A stretch of DNA of 64,000 bases from Macrostomum lignano (GCA_002269645.1 NIVC01001676.1:62001-126000); one strand, 5' to 3'; positions 48,399-61,758 are shown, counted from the stretch's first letter. Numbers and translations: made by a program. The notes: generated from the letters alone by a model not told the origin.

Positions 48399-49109
48399 GC
48401 AGTCAGACAGACGCGGAGGCGCCCCAGTCCAGCGGGTTTACAGCAAATAGAAGTTGACAGGAGCTGAAAGAGGCCCAAATTCCCAGACCAAGATGGCAGG
48501 GAAATTTTGATGCCCAGTCAGTAGGCGGAGCTGAGGATTTTAATCGCCGATCCTACAGCCGTTGTTTAAAAATCCCAAGTCACTCAGCGTGACGCAATTG
48601 GCCGCCGAAAATGATGAGGCAATGCGGGAGGCTGCACCTGCTGCATCTGACGGACCGGGCTGTTTGATGGGCGGCGAGTCAAAGAGATGTCAGGGGACAC
48701 CGTTAAGGCTGGTAGAGCGACTTTCCTACCGAGCAAATGCCTTTGCTGGGACTTGTAGCAGAAATATCCTCCCAAATTCTCTCAGCCGACTTGCACTCTG
48801 CGCTTGCTAAAAGGATTTCGACGCACTGGAGCGAGCGAGCTCCATCTCAAACGGTTTATGGCGTGATTCGAAATTTCGAACTTAAAGAAAGGATGGCCTG
48901 GACTCGATTCCAATCATCCCTTCATCACACGATTCCCACCTTGTCATCTTGGTTTTCCGCGCTCGTTCTTGCTGTCTCATACTCTACTGAATAGACAATT
49001 TTGTTAGTAGTATAGTGAAAACTTCACAAATTAAAAAATGCTTTTGGATTTAAGATTTCACTGTCCCTCCTTCTTCTCCCTCTCTTTTATTCTACATCTC
49101 ACTCCTTCG

Positions 49110-50150
49110 ATTCTCTGCCACTCCCTTCTTATCTCCTCTCTCTCTTCTCTCCTCTCTCCCTCTCTTCTCTCCCTCTCTCCTCTCCCTCTCTCCTCTCCCT
49201 CTCTCCTCTCCCTCTCTCCTCTCCCTCTCTCCTCTCCCTCCCTCTCTTCTCTCCCTCTCTCCTCTCCCTCTCTCCTCTCCCTCCCTCTCTTCTCTCCCTC
49301 TCTTCTCTCCCTCTCTCCTCTCCCTCCCTCTCTTCTCTCCCTCTCTTCTCTCCCTCTCTCCTCTCCCTCCCTCTCTTCTCTCCCTCTCTTCTCTTCCTCT
49401 CTCCTCTCCCTCTCTCCTCTCCTCTTCCTCTCTCCCTCTCTCCACTTCCTCTCTTCTCTTCCTCTCTCCTCTCCCTCTCTCCACTTCCTCTCTCCTCTCC
49501 CTCTCTCCACTTCCTCTCTCCTCTTCCTCTCTCCTCTCCCTCTCTCCACTTCCTCTCTCCTCTTCCTCTCTCCTCTCCCTCTCTCCACTTCCTCTCTCCT
49601 CTTCCTCTCTCCTCTCCCTCTCTCCTCTCCCTCTCTCCTCTCCCTCTCTCCTCTCCCTCTCTCCTCTTCCTCTCTCCTCTCCCTCTCTCCACTTCCTCTC
49701 TCCTCTTCCTCTCTCCTCTCCCTCTCTCCACTTCCTCTCTCCTCTTCCTCTCTCCTCTCCCTCTCTCCACTTCCTCTCTCCTCTTCCTCTCTCCTCTCCC
49801 TCTCTCCACTTCCTCTCTCCTCTTCCTCTCTCCTCTCCCTCTCTCCTCTCCCTCTCTCCTCTCCCTCTCTCCTCTCCCTCTCTCCTCTCCCTCTCTCCTC
49901 TCCCTCTCTCCTCCCTCTCTCTCCTCTCCTTCTCTCCCCACCTCTCTTCTTCTTTCTCCTCTCTTCTCTCTATCTTCCCACTCCCTCCCGCCTTTCTCTC
50001 CTCTCCGTGTTTCCTCTCTCTACTTCCTCTCTCCTCTCTCCTTTCTCCTCTCCTCTCCCTTTCTTTTCTCTTTTCCTTTGCCTCTCTTTCTCTCCTCTCC
50101 TTGGCTTTTCTGCTTCGTTCTTCTCCCTCTTTCTCCTCTCCACGGCATAC
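49110..50150. repeat. Polypyrimidine (CT-rich) low-complexity array
   Basis: Read directly. Confidence 0.93.
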
Positions 50151-50489
50151 CAATTTTTTAGCCAAATATAATTTATCGAGTATTTAAAATTAGAAAAAGC
50201 TCTTATCGGTTCAATCTGCTAAAAGTTTAATCAGTGAAGACAGTCTTTTAAAATAGTTCTCATTTTATTAAACTCCCCTCTCCAAGCTCTTCGAAAAAAT
50301 TCAGCTACTTTCGAGCCTAAAAATGAGAAGGCAAGACGTGCCTGTCACACTGCCTGCCTGTCTCATAGGTGAAATGGATTGGTCCATGTGACACGACAAC
50401 AGGACGATCTAATTAAAAAAACGATTCCGATGCAAAGTAGATCTCAGGGGAACGCAAAATTGATGCAATAATTTATGGATAATTTATTC

Positions 50490-51093
50490 TTGACAGTGAC
50501 TCATGGATAATTCTGGGATTCTTGACAGTGACTCATGGATAATTCTGGCGATTCTTGAGAGTGAGACTCATGGATAATTCTGGCGATTCTTGAGAGTGAG
50601 ACTCATGGATAATTCTGGCGATTCTTGAGAGTGAGACTCATGGATAATTCTGGCGATTCTTGAGAGTGACTCATGGATAATTCTGGCGATTCTTGACAGT
50701 GACTCATGGATAATTCTGGCGATTCTTGACAGTGACTCATGGATAATTCTGGCGATTCTTGACAGTGACTCATGGATAATTCTGGCGATTCTTGAGAGTG
50801 AGACTCATGGATAATTCTGGCGATTCTTGACAGTGACTCATGGATAATTCTGGCGATTCTTGAGAGTGAGACTCATGGATAATTCTGGCGATTCTTGACA
50901 GTGACTCATGGATAATTCTGGCGATTCTTGACAGTGACTCATGGATAAATCTGGTGATTCTTGACAGTGACTCATGGATAAATCTGGTGATTCTTGACAG
51001 TGACTCATGGATAAATCTGGTGATTCTTGACAGTGACTCATGGATAATTCTGGCGATTCTTGACAGTGACTCATGGATAATTCTGGCGATTCT
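50490..51093. repeat. 33/35-bp minisatellite (CTCATGGATAATTCTGGCGATTCTTGACAGTGA)n with TGACTCA across unit junctions
   Basis: Read directly; about 18 units. Confidence 0.94.
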
Positions 51094-51748
51094 TAGGCTG
51101 ATTTTTGCCAGTGTAACCCAAGGCTACTCAAGAAATTCATTCTGGCGACTCCCACAGCTTCCTGTTGCTGTGCAGTGACAGCGCAGCATCAGTGCCTGCA
51201 GTCAGAGCTGTCTTTTCGAGAATCGGCCACTCATTGATCCGAAAAAGGAAGACAGAGGACAAACTCTCGCACCACAGGGACTCCCTTCATTCCAGGGCGC
51301 AGAAGTTGAACCAGACCCCCCCCCCCAACGCCTCCGAGCTACAAAGTGCAAAGTGGGGATCTGTTCCCAACAGAGCAAACACAGGCGCTGCAAGTCAAAT
51401 GAAACAGAGGGAGGCAGAGAATCGAGCAAGTAGTTTCTAGGCGAAATTTGAGCGCCCCATTCATCTCCGCCCCGGGGATCCTGGTTTATGGGGGGGGGGG
51501 TCTGGCGGAAATCTGCGATGGAAAATCCCGGGCGCCCGCGCTAATGCTGCTGACGATGCCTTTTTTCAGCGAAATAGCGAAATACCACAGACATCGATTT
51601 CATAGAAACTACACGTTCAGCTCTCCATCATCACAGAATCAAATGTCTGTCTCTATGGAGCATCTGCACTTCTCCCTGCCCTGGTCTGTCACCGACCTGT
51701 TTAAGTCCTCCGTCTGGTGCCAGCTGGGGAAAAAGTCGTTTAGGGTCT

Positions 51749-52142
51749 CTCACTTGCACTCTCACTCTCACCCTCACTCTCACTCTCACTCTCACTTGCA
51801 CTCTCACTCTCACCCTCACTCTCACTCTCACTCTCACTTGCACTCTCACTCTCACCCTCACTCTCACTCTCACTCTCACTTGCACTCTCACTCTCACTCC
51901 CACTCTCACTCTCACTCTCACTTGCACTCTCACTCTCACCCTCACTCTCACTCTCACTTGCACTCTCACTTGCACTCTCACTCTCACTCTCACTCTCACT
52001 TGCACTCTCACTCTCACCCTCACTCTCACTCTCACTCTCACCCTCACTCACACTCTCACTCTCACTCTCACCCTCACTCTCACTCTCACTCTCACTCACT
52101 TGCACTTGCACTCTCACCCTCACTCTCACTCTCACTCTCACC
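51749..52142. repeat. (CACTCT)n hexamer microsatellite
   Basis: Read directly. Confidence 0.94.
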
Positions 52143-52349
52143 ATGATATTAAAAGAATATTGAAATATTGAAAAATGTTTAAAATGACTTTAATATCTCA
52201 TAACATCTGCAACTTGCATAAGAAGTTTGTACCACGGTATATCGATATATTTGAAATATGACATTGTAGATGAAATTTATTCATAGTTCTTGCACAATAT
52301 ACTCTTCAAATAGATTTAGTCGGTTTAAAAAATATTTGCATCTCTGTTA

Positions 52350-53152
52350 GCAGACTCTGTCAGGAGACTCTGTCAGTAAAATCTGTCAGGAGACTCTGTC
52401 AGTAAAATCTGTCAGGAGACTCTGTCAGTAAAATCTGTCAGGAGACTCTGTCAGTAAAATCTGTCAGGAGACTCTGTCAGTAAAATCTGTCAGCAGACTC
52501 TGTCAGCAGACTCTGTCAGCAGACTCTGTCAGCAGACTCTGTCAGCAGACTCTGTCAGCAGACTCTGTCAGCAGACTCTGTCAGCAGACTCTGTCAGCAG
52601 ACTCTGTCAGCAGACTCTGTCAGCAGACTCTGTCAGCAGACTCTGTCAGCAGAATCTGTCAGCAGAATCTGTCAGTAAAATCTGTCAGCAGACTCTGTCA
52701 GCAGACTCTGTCAGCAGAATCTGTCAGCAGAATCTGTCAGTAAAATCTGTCAGCAGACTCTGTCAGCAGACTCTGTCAGCAGACTCTGTCAGCAGACTCT
52801 GTCAGCAGACTCTGTCACGAGACTGTGTCAGGAGACTGTGTCAGCAGACTCTGTCAGGAGACTCTGTCAGCAGACTGTCAGCAGACTCTGTCAGCAGACT
52901 GTGTCAGGAGACTGTCAGCAGACTCTGTCAGCAGACTCTGTCAGCAGACTCTGTCAGCAGACTCTGTCAGCAGACTCTGTCAGCAGACTCTGTCAGGAGA
53001 CTGTCAGGAGACTGTGTCAGGAGACTGTGTCAGCAGACTCTGTCAGCAGACTCTGTCAGCAGACTCTGTCAGGAGACTGTCAGGAGACTGTGTCAGGAGA
53101 CTGTGTCAGCAGACTCTGTCAGCAGACTCTGTCAGCAGACTCTATCAGCAGA
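52350..53152. repeat. 13-bp minisatellite (CAGCAGACTCTGT)n abutting the DEG/ENaC 3' end
   Basis: Read directly; 26-bp dimer variants at 52360-52490. Confidence 0.94.
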
Positions 53153-53702
53153 TCTGCTATTCCCAAACTCACTACAGCATCGCTCTTTCTCCCAGGGATC
53201 AGGGTGCTCAAAGAGCGAGTCCTGGACCTCCCCACCTTCTCCTGGCTTGTCCCGGGAGGAAGAAGGCGCAGGGAGCGGCTGCGGCTGCTGCTGCTGGGAT
53301 GCCGGAGGCTCTCCGACCAGACTGAGGTAGACAAACTCGACCAGCTCAACAATGAAGGCCGCCGTGAGGCCGATGCACAGCGAGCACAGGCCGCCAATTC
53401 TGCTCAACAAGATGTTGAAATCTAGGGTGAGCTTCTCCAGCTTCCAGCTAATGTCCCAGTTCTTCCTACGGATCTTCACGCAGGCGTAGCTGGCCTTCCC
53501 GGCCAGTCGGGAGTCGAACTGGCCATCCTGGTACTCGCTGACTTCCCGGGACAGCGCATACAGCAGGCGGTCTGGCGACACTGCCGGATCTTTTTCCCTG
53601 GCCAGATGGGCCTTGTACTGGTCCGCCAGCGCTGCCATCTTGCTGGGCAGCGGAGCCCAGTGAGTGGCCGACAGGGTTGGCTCGTAGGTAAAGTAGGTGC
53701 AC
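53132..53702 (-). CDS. DEG/ENaC (amiloride-sensitive channel family) exon 3, including TM2
   Basis: (R)CTYFTYEPTLSATHW...EKLTLDFNILLSRIGGLCSLCIGLTAAFIVELVEFVYL matches the family LLSDIGGQLGLWIGASVLTILE TM2; CTCCCCAG acceptor; 3' end uncertain. Confidence 0.85.
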
Positions 53703-53739
53703 CTGGGGAGGCGGAGTTGTAGATATCGATCCAGATCTT

Positions 53740-55016
53740 CTGACCCAGCAGACACTGATCCAGAACAATCTTGGCCTAGTAAGATCTTGACCAATTAAAT
53801 CTTTACCCAGCAGATCTTGACCCATTACATCTTAATCCAGTAGACACTGACCCAGTAGACACTGACCCAGTAGACACTGTCCCAGTAGACACTGACCCAG
53901 TAGACACTGACCCAGTAGACACTGAACCATTAGATCTTGACCCAAAAGACACTGACCCAGTAGACACTGTCCCAGTAGACACTGACCCAGTAGACACTGA
54001 CCCAGTAGACACTGACCCAGTAGACACTGACCCAGTAGACACTGACCCAGTAGACACTGAACCATTAAATCTTGACCCAAAAGACACTGACCCAGTAGAC
54101 ACTGACCCAGTAGACACTGACCCAGTAGACACTGAACCATTAGATCTTGACCCAAAAGACACTGACCCAGTAGACACTGTCCCAGTAGACACTGACCCAG
54201 TAGACACTGACCCAGTAGACACTGACCCAGTAGACAACTGAACCATTAGATCTTGACCCAAAAGACACTGACCCAGTAGACACTGTCCCAGTAGACACTG
54301 ACCCAGTAGACACTGACCCAGTAGACACTGACCCAGTAGACACTGACCCAGTAGACACTGACCCAGTAGACACTGACCCAGTAGACAACTGAACCATTAG
54401 ATCTTGACCCAAAAGACACTGACCCAGTAGACACTGTCCCAGTAGACACTGACCCAGTAGACACTGACCCAGTAGACACTGACCCAGTAGACAACTGAAC
54501 CATTAGATCTTGACCCAACAGACACTGACCCAGTAGACACTGTCCCAGTAGACACTGACCCAGTAGACACTGACCCAGTAGACACTGACCCAGTAGACAC
54601 TGACCCAGTAGACACTGACCCAGTAGACACTGAACCATTAGATCTTGACCCTGTAGACACTGATCCATTAGATCTTGACCCAATAGACACTGATCCATTA
54701 GATCTTGACCCTGTAGACACTGATCCATTAGATCTTGACCCAGTAGACACTGACCCATTATATCTTGACCCTGTAGACACTGACCCAGTAGACACTGACC
54801 CACTAGATCTTGATTCAGTAGACACTGACTCAGTAGACGCTGACCCAGTAGACACTGACCCAGTAGACACTGACCCAGTAGACACTGACCCAGTAGACAC
54901 TGACCCAGTAGACACTGACCCAGTAGACACTGATCCAGTAGACACTGACCCAGTAGACACTGACCCAGTAGACACTGACCCAGTAGACGCTGACCCAGTA
55001 GACACTGACCTAGTTG
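53740..55016. repeat. 15-bp minisatellite (GACCCAGTAGACACT)n, DEG/ENaC intron 2
   Basis: Read directly; degenerate units at both edges. Confidence 0.95.
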
Positions 55017-55044
55017 ATCCGGCCAATCACTGACAGGAACTCAC

Positions 55045-55463
55045 CGAGGATGGCAATCAACGGAGAAGTTTTTCCTCAGCTGCTCAGTCTGGCTGAGCAC
55101 CTTCTCCGCGCAGACCAATCGCTCAGTGAGTCGCGGCCATTTCAAGTCGATGCAGTAGGGCGCCGAAGGCCCGGCTTGCCCGGTCTCGCTCGGAGCCAGC
55201 GGCACCGGCCACAGCGAGTTCAAGCAGCCGCAGCGCTGCAGCATGTGCCGCTGGAGCTGCTCGTTGACGCACTGGTGATAGTCTGCGGCGTAGTCAGTGC
55301 CCAGGTGTCGCACCGGTGGCCGGTCGTCCCGGCAGTTGTGGCGCGGGGTGCGCAGCTTCCGCCAACCGGTGGTGCCGTAGTTCACCTCGTTCAGGCGGCC
55401 CGGCTCGGCGTTGAAGCCGCTCTGGGCCAGGTCCGGGGCCGTGCCCGCCTCGTGCAGGACTAC
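55045..55463 (-). CDS. DEG/ENaC exon 2 (palm and Cys-rich thumb)
   Basis: VVLHEAGTAPDLAQSGFNAEPGRLNEV...C...YHQCVNEQLQRHMLQRCGCL...PYC...C...DCHP(R); ATCCCAG acceptor, GTGAGT donor. Confidence 0.88.
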
Positions 55464-55492
55464 CTGGGATGCCGGGCGAGGGACAGGGTTTT

Positions 55493-56253
55493 TTCACACC
55501 GGTTACAGATGAACAGGGGTCCTTCACACCGGTTACAGATGAACAGGGGTTATTCACACCGGTTACAGATGAACAGGGGTTATTCACACCGGTTACAGAT
55601 AAGCAGGGGTTCTTCACACCGGTTACAGATGAACAGGGGTTATTCACACCGGTTACAGATGAACAGGGGTTATTCACACCGGTTACAGATAAGCAGGGGT
55701 TCTTCACACCGGTTATAGATGAACAGGGGTTCTTCACACTGGTTACAGATGAACAGGGGTTATTCACACCGGTTACAGATAAGCAGGGGTTCTTCACACC
55801 GGTTACAGATGAACAGGGGTTCTTCACACCGGTTACAGATTAGCAGGGGTTCTTCACACCGGTTACAGATAAGCAGAGGTTCTTCACACCGGTTACAGAT
55901 GAACAGGGGTTCTTCACACCGGTTACAGATGAACAGGGGTTCTTCACACCGGTTACAGATTAGCAGGGGTTCTTCACACCGGTTACAGATAAGCAGGGGT
56001 TCTTCACACCGGTTACAGATGAACAGGGGTTCTTCACACCGGTTACAGATGAACAGGGGTTATTCACACCGGTTACAGATGAACAGGGGTTCTTCACACC
56101 GGTTACAGATGAACAGGGGTTCTTCGCACCGGTTACAGATGAACAGGGGTTCTTCACACCGGTTACAGATGAACAGGGGTTCTTCACACCGGTTACAGAT
56201 GAACAGGGGTTATTCACACCGGTTAGGGATGGACAGGAGCTCTTCACACCGGT
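55493..56253. repeat. 30-bp minisatellite (CACACCGGTTACAGATGAACAGGGGTTCTT)n, DEG/ENaC intron 1
   Basis: Read directly; about 25 copies. Confidence 0.96.
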
Positions 56254-56619
56254 CAGTGAGCCCAGGAAACACAGTATGCAGGTTCTGATCCCAGATTCCC
56301 AGATGAAATGGTCGACGCGGCGGCATTTTATTCTCAGGTCATGCTTTATTCAATATCCGAGGTTCAATGACACAACTGACACAAATCAGATTTTATCATT
56401 CTTTTTTCGACACGACTCACGGATTTTATTTCGCTAATTCGCGAATGCGACGGATTTCGGAGAGTCGCCCAGATTAGCAGATTCGATTACATTAAATCGA
56501 GTAAATGGATTAAGTCACTAAATCTGAGCTTCTCTTCTCTGAGCTGTTGCCTCCCTGAGTCTGATCGAACTGCTGATTCACATTGATTTCCATTACATCC
56601 AGAAACCTATGCTCCAACA

Positions 56620-56850
56620 TTGGCAACTCCCTAGCAACCTATATTCCAAAACCGCCTTGACAACGTCCTAATAACCTAATACCAACATCTCCTTGACAAC
56701 GCCCTAGCAACCTATGCTTCAACATCCCCTTGACAAAACCTATGCTTCAACATCCCCTTGACAACGCCCTAGCAACCTATGCTTCAACATCCCCTTGACA
56801 ACGCCCTAGCAACTTTTGCTTCAACATCCCCTTGACAACGCCCTAGCAAC
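56620..56850. repeat. 37-bp repeat containing CCCTAGCAAC, DEG/ENaC intron 1
   Basis: CCCTAGCAAC at 56629, 56702, 56767, 56804 and 56841. Confidence 0.85.
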
Positions 56851-56873
56851 AAGGATTCCCCACCCGAGCTTAC

Positions 56874-57590
56874 CTTGACGCCCTCGCCTCTGCTGAGCAC
56901 ATCGTACACGAAGCTGTGCCTCAGCGACGGCAGCTCCTTGGCCGGAGTGAGCGAGACGACAACCACCACCGACTCGATGCCTCGGGCCGCGCTGGCGTCC
57001 ACGGTGAAGCAGTTGAAGAACTCGCTGTGCTGGAACAGCCTGACGCTGATCTTGGCGAACTCGTCATCAGCCTGGCAGTTCTCGGCCAGCACCTGCATGC
57101 CGTCCACGCTGACCATGCAGAGGAACAGAGAGTCCATTCTGTGCCCGATGGCCACCGTGTCGCTGTGGTTGAGCTGCTGGTAGTAGGTGTTCACATTGTC
57201 GTAGGCGAACAGGCCAGCCATTTGCTCGGCGAGGCGGCCGGTGAGGGCAGCGGCGCTGATGTTTCTCAACAGCCGCTGAAACTCCGAGGGCGACAGCACC
57301 GCGCCGCTGCGCCAGGCGGCTTCGGCCGCGCCGCCGAACGGCTGATGCGAGCACAGGGTGAAGGAGGGAAACGCCGGCTTGTAGTCAAAAGCTGTGGTGG
57401 TGTGCCAGCCGGTGTTGAAGGCCAGGTAGTCGCTGACGAGAAAGCCGGAGGTGACCAGCAGCACCAGGGTCATGCCGATGACGAACAGAGTCCACAGAAT
57501 CCGAGTGAACGGCGCCTTGGACTTCGCGATCTTCTGGACGCCTCTGATGGAGGAGCCTTCGCACAGGATGCGCAACCTGTTGCCCGACAT
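56874..57590 (-). CDS. DEG/ENaC exon 1 (N-terminus, TM1, finger)
   Basis: LCEGSSIRG...RILWTLFVIG (TM1)...DYLAF...FPSFTLC...FFNCFTV...GEGVK; AAG|GTAAGC donor; three exons total 1707 nt, 568 aa plus stop. Confidence 0.9.
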
Positions 57591-57736
57591 CCTGGTTGGG
57601 AGCTGAGGATCTGGGAGTCTGGGGATTGTTGAACCGATTTGGGAAATTCTTTCTAACCCGGGACACTAATATCCCCCCTGCTGTAAAATCCAAGCCAGCT
57701 TTTACTGGTCAAGAATTTGGCCAATCACAGCGCAGC

Positions 57737-57916
57737 AGTCAGTCAGTCAGTCAGTCAGTCAGTCAGCCAGTCAGTCAGTCAGTCAGCCAGTCAGTCAGTC
57801 AGTCAGCCAGTCAGTCAGTCAGTCAGTCAGTCAGTCAGTCAGTCAGTCAGTCAGTCAGTCAGTCAGTCAGTCAGTCAGTCAGTCAGTCAGTCAGTCAGTC
57901 AGTCAGTCAGTCAGTC
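57737..57916. repeat. (CAGT)n microsatellite
   Basis: Read directly. Confidence 0.96.
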
Positions 57917-57937
57917 ATAAAACTGTCAGCCATAACT

Positions 57938-58903
57938 CACTCATGAACTCTAACTTATTCATGAATTCAATAAACTTATTCATGAACTCAATAAACTTAT
58001 TCATGAACTCAATAAACTTATTCATGAACTCAATAAACTTATTCATGAACTCAATAAACTTATTCATGAACTCAATAAACTTATTCATGAACTCAATAAA
58101 CTTATTCATGAACTCACTCATGAACTCATAAACTCACTCATGAACTCCTGAACTCACTCATGAACTCATAAACTCACTCATGAACTCCTGAACTCACTCA
58201 TGAACTCATAAACTCACTCATGAACTCCTGAACTCACTCATGAACTCATAAACTCACTCATGAACTCCTGAACTCACTCATGAACTCATAAACTCACTCA
58301 TGAACTCATAAACTCACTCATGAACTCATAAACTCACTCATGAACTCCTGAACTCACTCATGAACTCATAAACTCACTCATGAACTCATAAACTCACTCA
58401 TGAACTCAATAAACTCACTCATGAACTCATAAACTCACTCATGAACTCAATAAACTCACTCATGAACTCATAAACTCACTCATGAACTCATAAACTCACT
58501 CATGAACTCATAAACTCACTCATGAACTCATAAACTCACTCATGAACTCATAAACTCACTCATGAACTCCTGAACTCACTCATGAACTCATAAACTCACT
58601 CATGAACTCCTGAACTCACTCATGAACTCATAAACTCACTCATGAACTCATAAACTCACTCATGAACTCATAAACTCACTCATGAACTCCTGAACTCACT
58701 CATGAACTCATAAACTCACTCATGAACTCATAAACTCACTCATGAACTCAATAAACTCACTCATGAACTCATAAACTCACTCATGAACTCAATAAACTCA
58801 CTCATGAACTCATAAACTCACTCATGAACTCATAAACTCACTCATGAACTCATAAACTCACTCATGAACTCATAAACTCACTCATGAACTCATAAACTCA
58901 CTC
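57938..58903. repeat. 21-bp (TTATTCATGAACTCAATAAAC)n switching to 20-bp (TCACTCATGAACTCATAAAC)n
   Basis: Read directly. Confidence 0.95.
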
Positions 58904-59538
58904 CAACCCAATTCAGACCGGAAAGTTTTCGATACAAAAATGTTTGCTAGAGTTCAGAGATTTCTACAGTAAAACTGCTCTGCAAATCCAGTGCACTTGC
59001 CAGCTAAGGTTTGCAGTTCGGAATTTCAACAATCTCAGAGCAGCTTAGCAGCACAAGACGATTTGGCTTCTCAAGAAATTCCGCACCGAAGGTCTGAAGG
59101 ATTAGCCAAGAGGTCTCAGAGATCCTTATTCCCGGAGTAAAATGCGTATTAGGGCTCAGAATATGGGTAATGAGTTTGAGCTGGACTTATTCAAGATTGC
59201 CAAAGGCCACTGGCTCTCTTTCCCTCCCCTTCTCCCTCTTCTCTGTCTCCCTCCAACTGCGAGGTTAATTTTTTTCCTCACAAAGCGTTTCCTCTTCTTT
59301 CAGAGCAGGAAAATCGAAAAATTTTGGCCCGTATAGGACTGGAATTTCTTTATCTCCCGGTAGTCAGGGAGTTGCTCTGCGACGAGCTTTGCTGAAAACT
59401 TGGCTTGACCTTCATGCGCTGCGCTTAATTGTAGTTGAGTTCTGGGAGATGGCCTCGGATGCTACGCCCGTTCATGACTCCGCATGCAGACCGACTCAAG
59501 CTCAGTGAGTGACTCAGGCTGATTGCCTGCTGAGTTTG

Positions 59539-60077
<539 letters not shown>

Positions 60078-60619
60078 CTCTAGGGCATGTAAGCGCATCA
60101 AGTCAGGGTTAATGATGGTGAGGCGTGTATTTCATATCAGAAAGTTACAGTCTGTACAAGCCAATCCGAATTCCGAAACAATAAAATACTGTTAAATTTA
60201 AGATTTTCTCTCGCATCAAGAATAGCAACATCGGATAATTAAAGTATTGAAAAATATTCACATAACAAATTTATAACGCAAAGGGTTTACAGAGGGAGGC
60301 TGAAGTCAGGGGCAAGCCTGGGTGACAAAATTCGTTAGTGAAGCACTGCAGCGGTTCACAGTGCTACTCTGATTACATTTCACGTGGAATGTTGAAATCT
60401 GCGCAGTCTGTCTTTATTTTCAGCTGGCTAATTAGTGTCTGCAATTTTATGCAATCGGCGGGCGGAGCTGCCAGTCACCAGTCTGCCGGGCAGGACTGCC
60501 TAATTCGACTGCTAATCCCTACCATAAAAAATTTTCGAACTTCTTCGATACTATACTTATTGGATTAAAATGTTCTGCTGGCCGAAAAATTCAGATGGTG
60601 AAGAGGAAAGAGTGGGGGC

Positions 60620-61352
60620 GAATGGGGGCGAATGGGGGAGAATGGGGGAGAGTGGGAGAGAGTGGGAGAGAGTGGGAGACAGTGAGAGAGAGCGGGAGAG
60701 AGCGGAAGAGAGCGGGAGACAGTGAGAGAGAGCGGGAGAGAGCGGAAGAGAGCGGGAGAGAGCGGGAGAGAGTGGGAGAGAGCGGGAGAGAGCGGAAGAG
60801 AGCGGGAGAGAGTGGGAGAGAGTGGGAGAGAGTGGGAGAGAGTGGGAGAGAGTGGGAGAGAGTGAGAGAGAGTGGGAGAGAGCGGGAGAGAGTGGGAGAG
60901 AGTGGGAGAGAGTGGGAGAGAGTGGGAGAGAGTGGGAGAGAGTGGGAGAGAGTGGGAGAGAGTGGGAGAGAGTGGGAGAGAGTGAGAGAGAGTGGGAGAG
61001 AGCGGGAGAGAGTGGGAGAGAGTGGGAGAGAGTGGGAGAGAGTGGGAGAGAGTGGGAGAGAGTGGGAGAGAGTGGGAGAGAGTGGGAGAGAGTGAGAGAG
61101 AGCGGGAGAGAGTGGAAGAGAGCGGGAGAGAGCGGGAGAGAGTGGGAGAGAGCGGGAGAGAGCGGAAGAGAGCGGGAGAGAGTGGGAGAGAATGGGAGAG
61201 AGCGGGTGAGAGCGAAAGAGAGTGGGAGAGAGTGGGAGAGAGCGGAAGAGAGCGGGAGAGAGCGGGAGAGAGTGGGAGAGAGCGGAAGAGAGCGGGAGAG
61301 AGTGGGAGAGAGCGGAAGAGAGTGGGAGAGAGTGGGAGAGAGTGGGAGAGAG
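60620..61352. repeat. 10-bp purine minisatellite (AGTGGGAGAG)n
   Basis: Read directly. Confidence 0.95.
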
Positions 61353-61417
61353 CAGTGGAGGCCAGCTTGGATCCGGCTGCACAAACGCGAGCGGGTTCCA
61401 GCCTCTCCGCAGCCGTA

Positions 61418-61758
61418 TCACACGTAGCTCGCCCCCAGCGCCCTGGCCAGCCGGTCCTCGCTGTCCTCCTCATCCTCGCCAGCATCGGCGGCCGCAGCGG
61501 AGTTTCTCGGTGGCAGCAGCAGATGCTGGATGGTGGTATAGTGCAGGCCGCCGCCGCCGTCCCCAGCTGATGCCGCAGACGAGGCGAGATCTGAGGACAG
61601 CCGCTGCTGAACGGGGCGCGGCGCGCCGCAGCAGCCGCAGGCGCCTTGAAGCAGCGGCTCGTAGGCGTTGCCGCGACCTCCGCCGCCGCCGCCGCCCCCC
61701 GCTGCGCCGTGTCTGGGACACCGGCCCGGCGCCCCGGTTGCTCGAGTTAGCGCCAGGG
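61418..61758 (-). CDS. Last exon of a probable membrane-protein cytoplasmic tail (protocadherin-like), ending in -SYV
   Basis: (A)LALTRATG...GNAYEPLLQGACGCCGAPRPVQQRLSSDL...LHYTTIQHLLL...EDRLARALGASYV*; CTTCAG acceptor in phase with the upstream exon. Confidence 0.6.

Noticed and set aside
51448-52146. His-Ser repeat ORF (HSHSHL)
   Set aside because: Translation of the (CACTCT)n microsatellite, and the preceding sequence shows no recognisable domain
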